Source: Octopus bimaculoides (Eukaryota). Taken from it: a DNA stretch of 64,000 nt. The stretch is from contig NC_068990.1 of NCBI RefSeq assembly GCF_001194135.2, positions 60,994,950 to 61,058,949 on the forward strand, in the 5' to 3' direction. The position numbers and the translations under genes were made by a program. This document shows, piece by piece, positions 63,112 through 64,000 of this stretch. The notes below the pieces were generated by a model. That model was not told where the DNA came from. It saw only the letters and a program-made list of their open reading frames with translations, and searched no databases. The first letter of the stretch is position 1; every line of letters starts with the position of its first letter.

Positions 63112-63530
63112 CAGCACGAGTGGCTGTGTGGTAAGTAGTTTGCTTATCAACCACATGGTTCCGGGTTCAGTCCCACTGCATGGCACCTTGGGCAAGTGTC
63201 TTCTACTATAGCCTCGGGCCGACCAAAGCCTTGTGAGTGGATTTGGTAGGCGGAAACTGAAAGAAGCCCGTCGTATATATGTATATATATATATATGTAT
63301 ATGTATGTGTGTTTGTGTGTGTGTGTTTGTCCCCCTAGCATTGCTTGACAACCGATGCTGGTGTGTTTATGTCTCCGTCACTTAGCGGTTCGGCAAAAGA
63401 GACCGATAGAATAAGTACTAGGCTTACAAAGAATAAGTCCCGGGGTCGATTTGCTCGACTAAAGGCGGTGCTCCAGCATGGCCACAGTCAAATGACTGAA
63501 ACAAATAAAAGAGTAAAGAGTAAAAGAGTA
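63112..63530 (+). mobile_element. SINE family A, full length, low divergence
   Basis: tRNA-like head (gtggctgtgtggtaag...ggttccgggttcagtccc), (TA)(TG) centre, 3' ggtgctccagcatggccacagtcaaatgactgaaac and (gtaaaaga)n tail. Confidence 0.92.
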
Positions 63531-63539
63531 TAATATATA

Positions 63540-64000
63540 CAGGGTGTAGTGAACATAATGTCCTCTAAATAATGCAAAAATTAGAATAACACTGACATCT
63601 CATTTTAACAGATATTTTTACCAAAATTACATAAAAATATCTTGAAATACTAAAGAGTAAATTAACTCAATAAAATCGACATTGGCTTCAACCACAGCCC
63701 CCAGATGACTTTGGAATCTCCTGCAACTCTTCTGGATGGTCTCCTTGTTTAAGTTGGTGAATGCTGCCGTAATCCTTGCCTTCAGTTCATCTTTGGTGTT
63801 ACAAGGAGTTTTATTAGTCTCTCGCTCAACTGTCCGTCACACATAATAATGAAGGAGGTTGCAGTCTGGGGAGTTAGGTGGCCAGATGTTAGGGGTGATA
63901 TGGTAACAGATATTGTCTGACAGCCATGACTGGGATCTTCTGCTTGTGTGGCACGGTGCAAAGTCCTATTGTGAGACATAGGGTCTTCCAGCAGCCAGTC
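63540..64000 (-). mobile_element. 3' end of a second maT/DD37D-like transposon (runs off window)
   Basis: TA-cagggtgtagtgaac terminus; minus strand GRPYVSQ*DFAPCHTSRRSQSWLSDN...WPPNSPDCNLLHYYV*RTVERETNKTPCNTKDELKARI...RFQSHLGAVVEAN. Confidence 0.85.

Overview
This is AT-rich eukaryotic draft-assembly DNA with about ten N gaps. Its SINE families and microsatellite load look like an octopus (cephalopod) genome; that is recognition from memory, not a database result. I cannot support any intact host protein-coding gene, tRNA/rRNA gene or CRISPR array. Nearly all long ORFs in the supplied track are artefacts of N runs and simple repeats. The window is a layered transposon graveyard. It holds decayed IS630-Tc1-mariner elements (a DD34D mariner, a Tigger/pogo-like element, two DD37D maT-like elements and a Tc1 MITE), plus hAT-type and piggyBac-type MITEs. 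Retroelement remains include RTE, CR1-like and R4/Dong-like LINE fragments, several Penelope-like element (PLE) fragments (N-terminus, RT, GIY-YIG), and dozens of SINE copies from at least five families, often nested with readable target-site duplications. The most interesting signal is a set of hammerhead-ribozyme (HHR)-like motifs with palindromic or vestigial helix III, the design known from PLE pseudo-LTRs. They occur in several unrelated repeat lineages, best preserved at 40506-40566 on the minus strand. Long fold-back hairpins are also present. Repeat boundaries are approximate unless a TSD or TIR fixes them.
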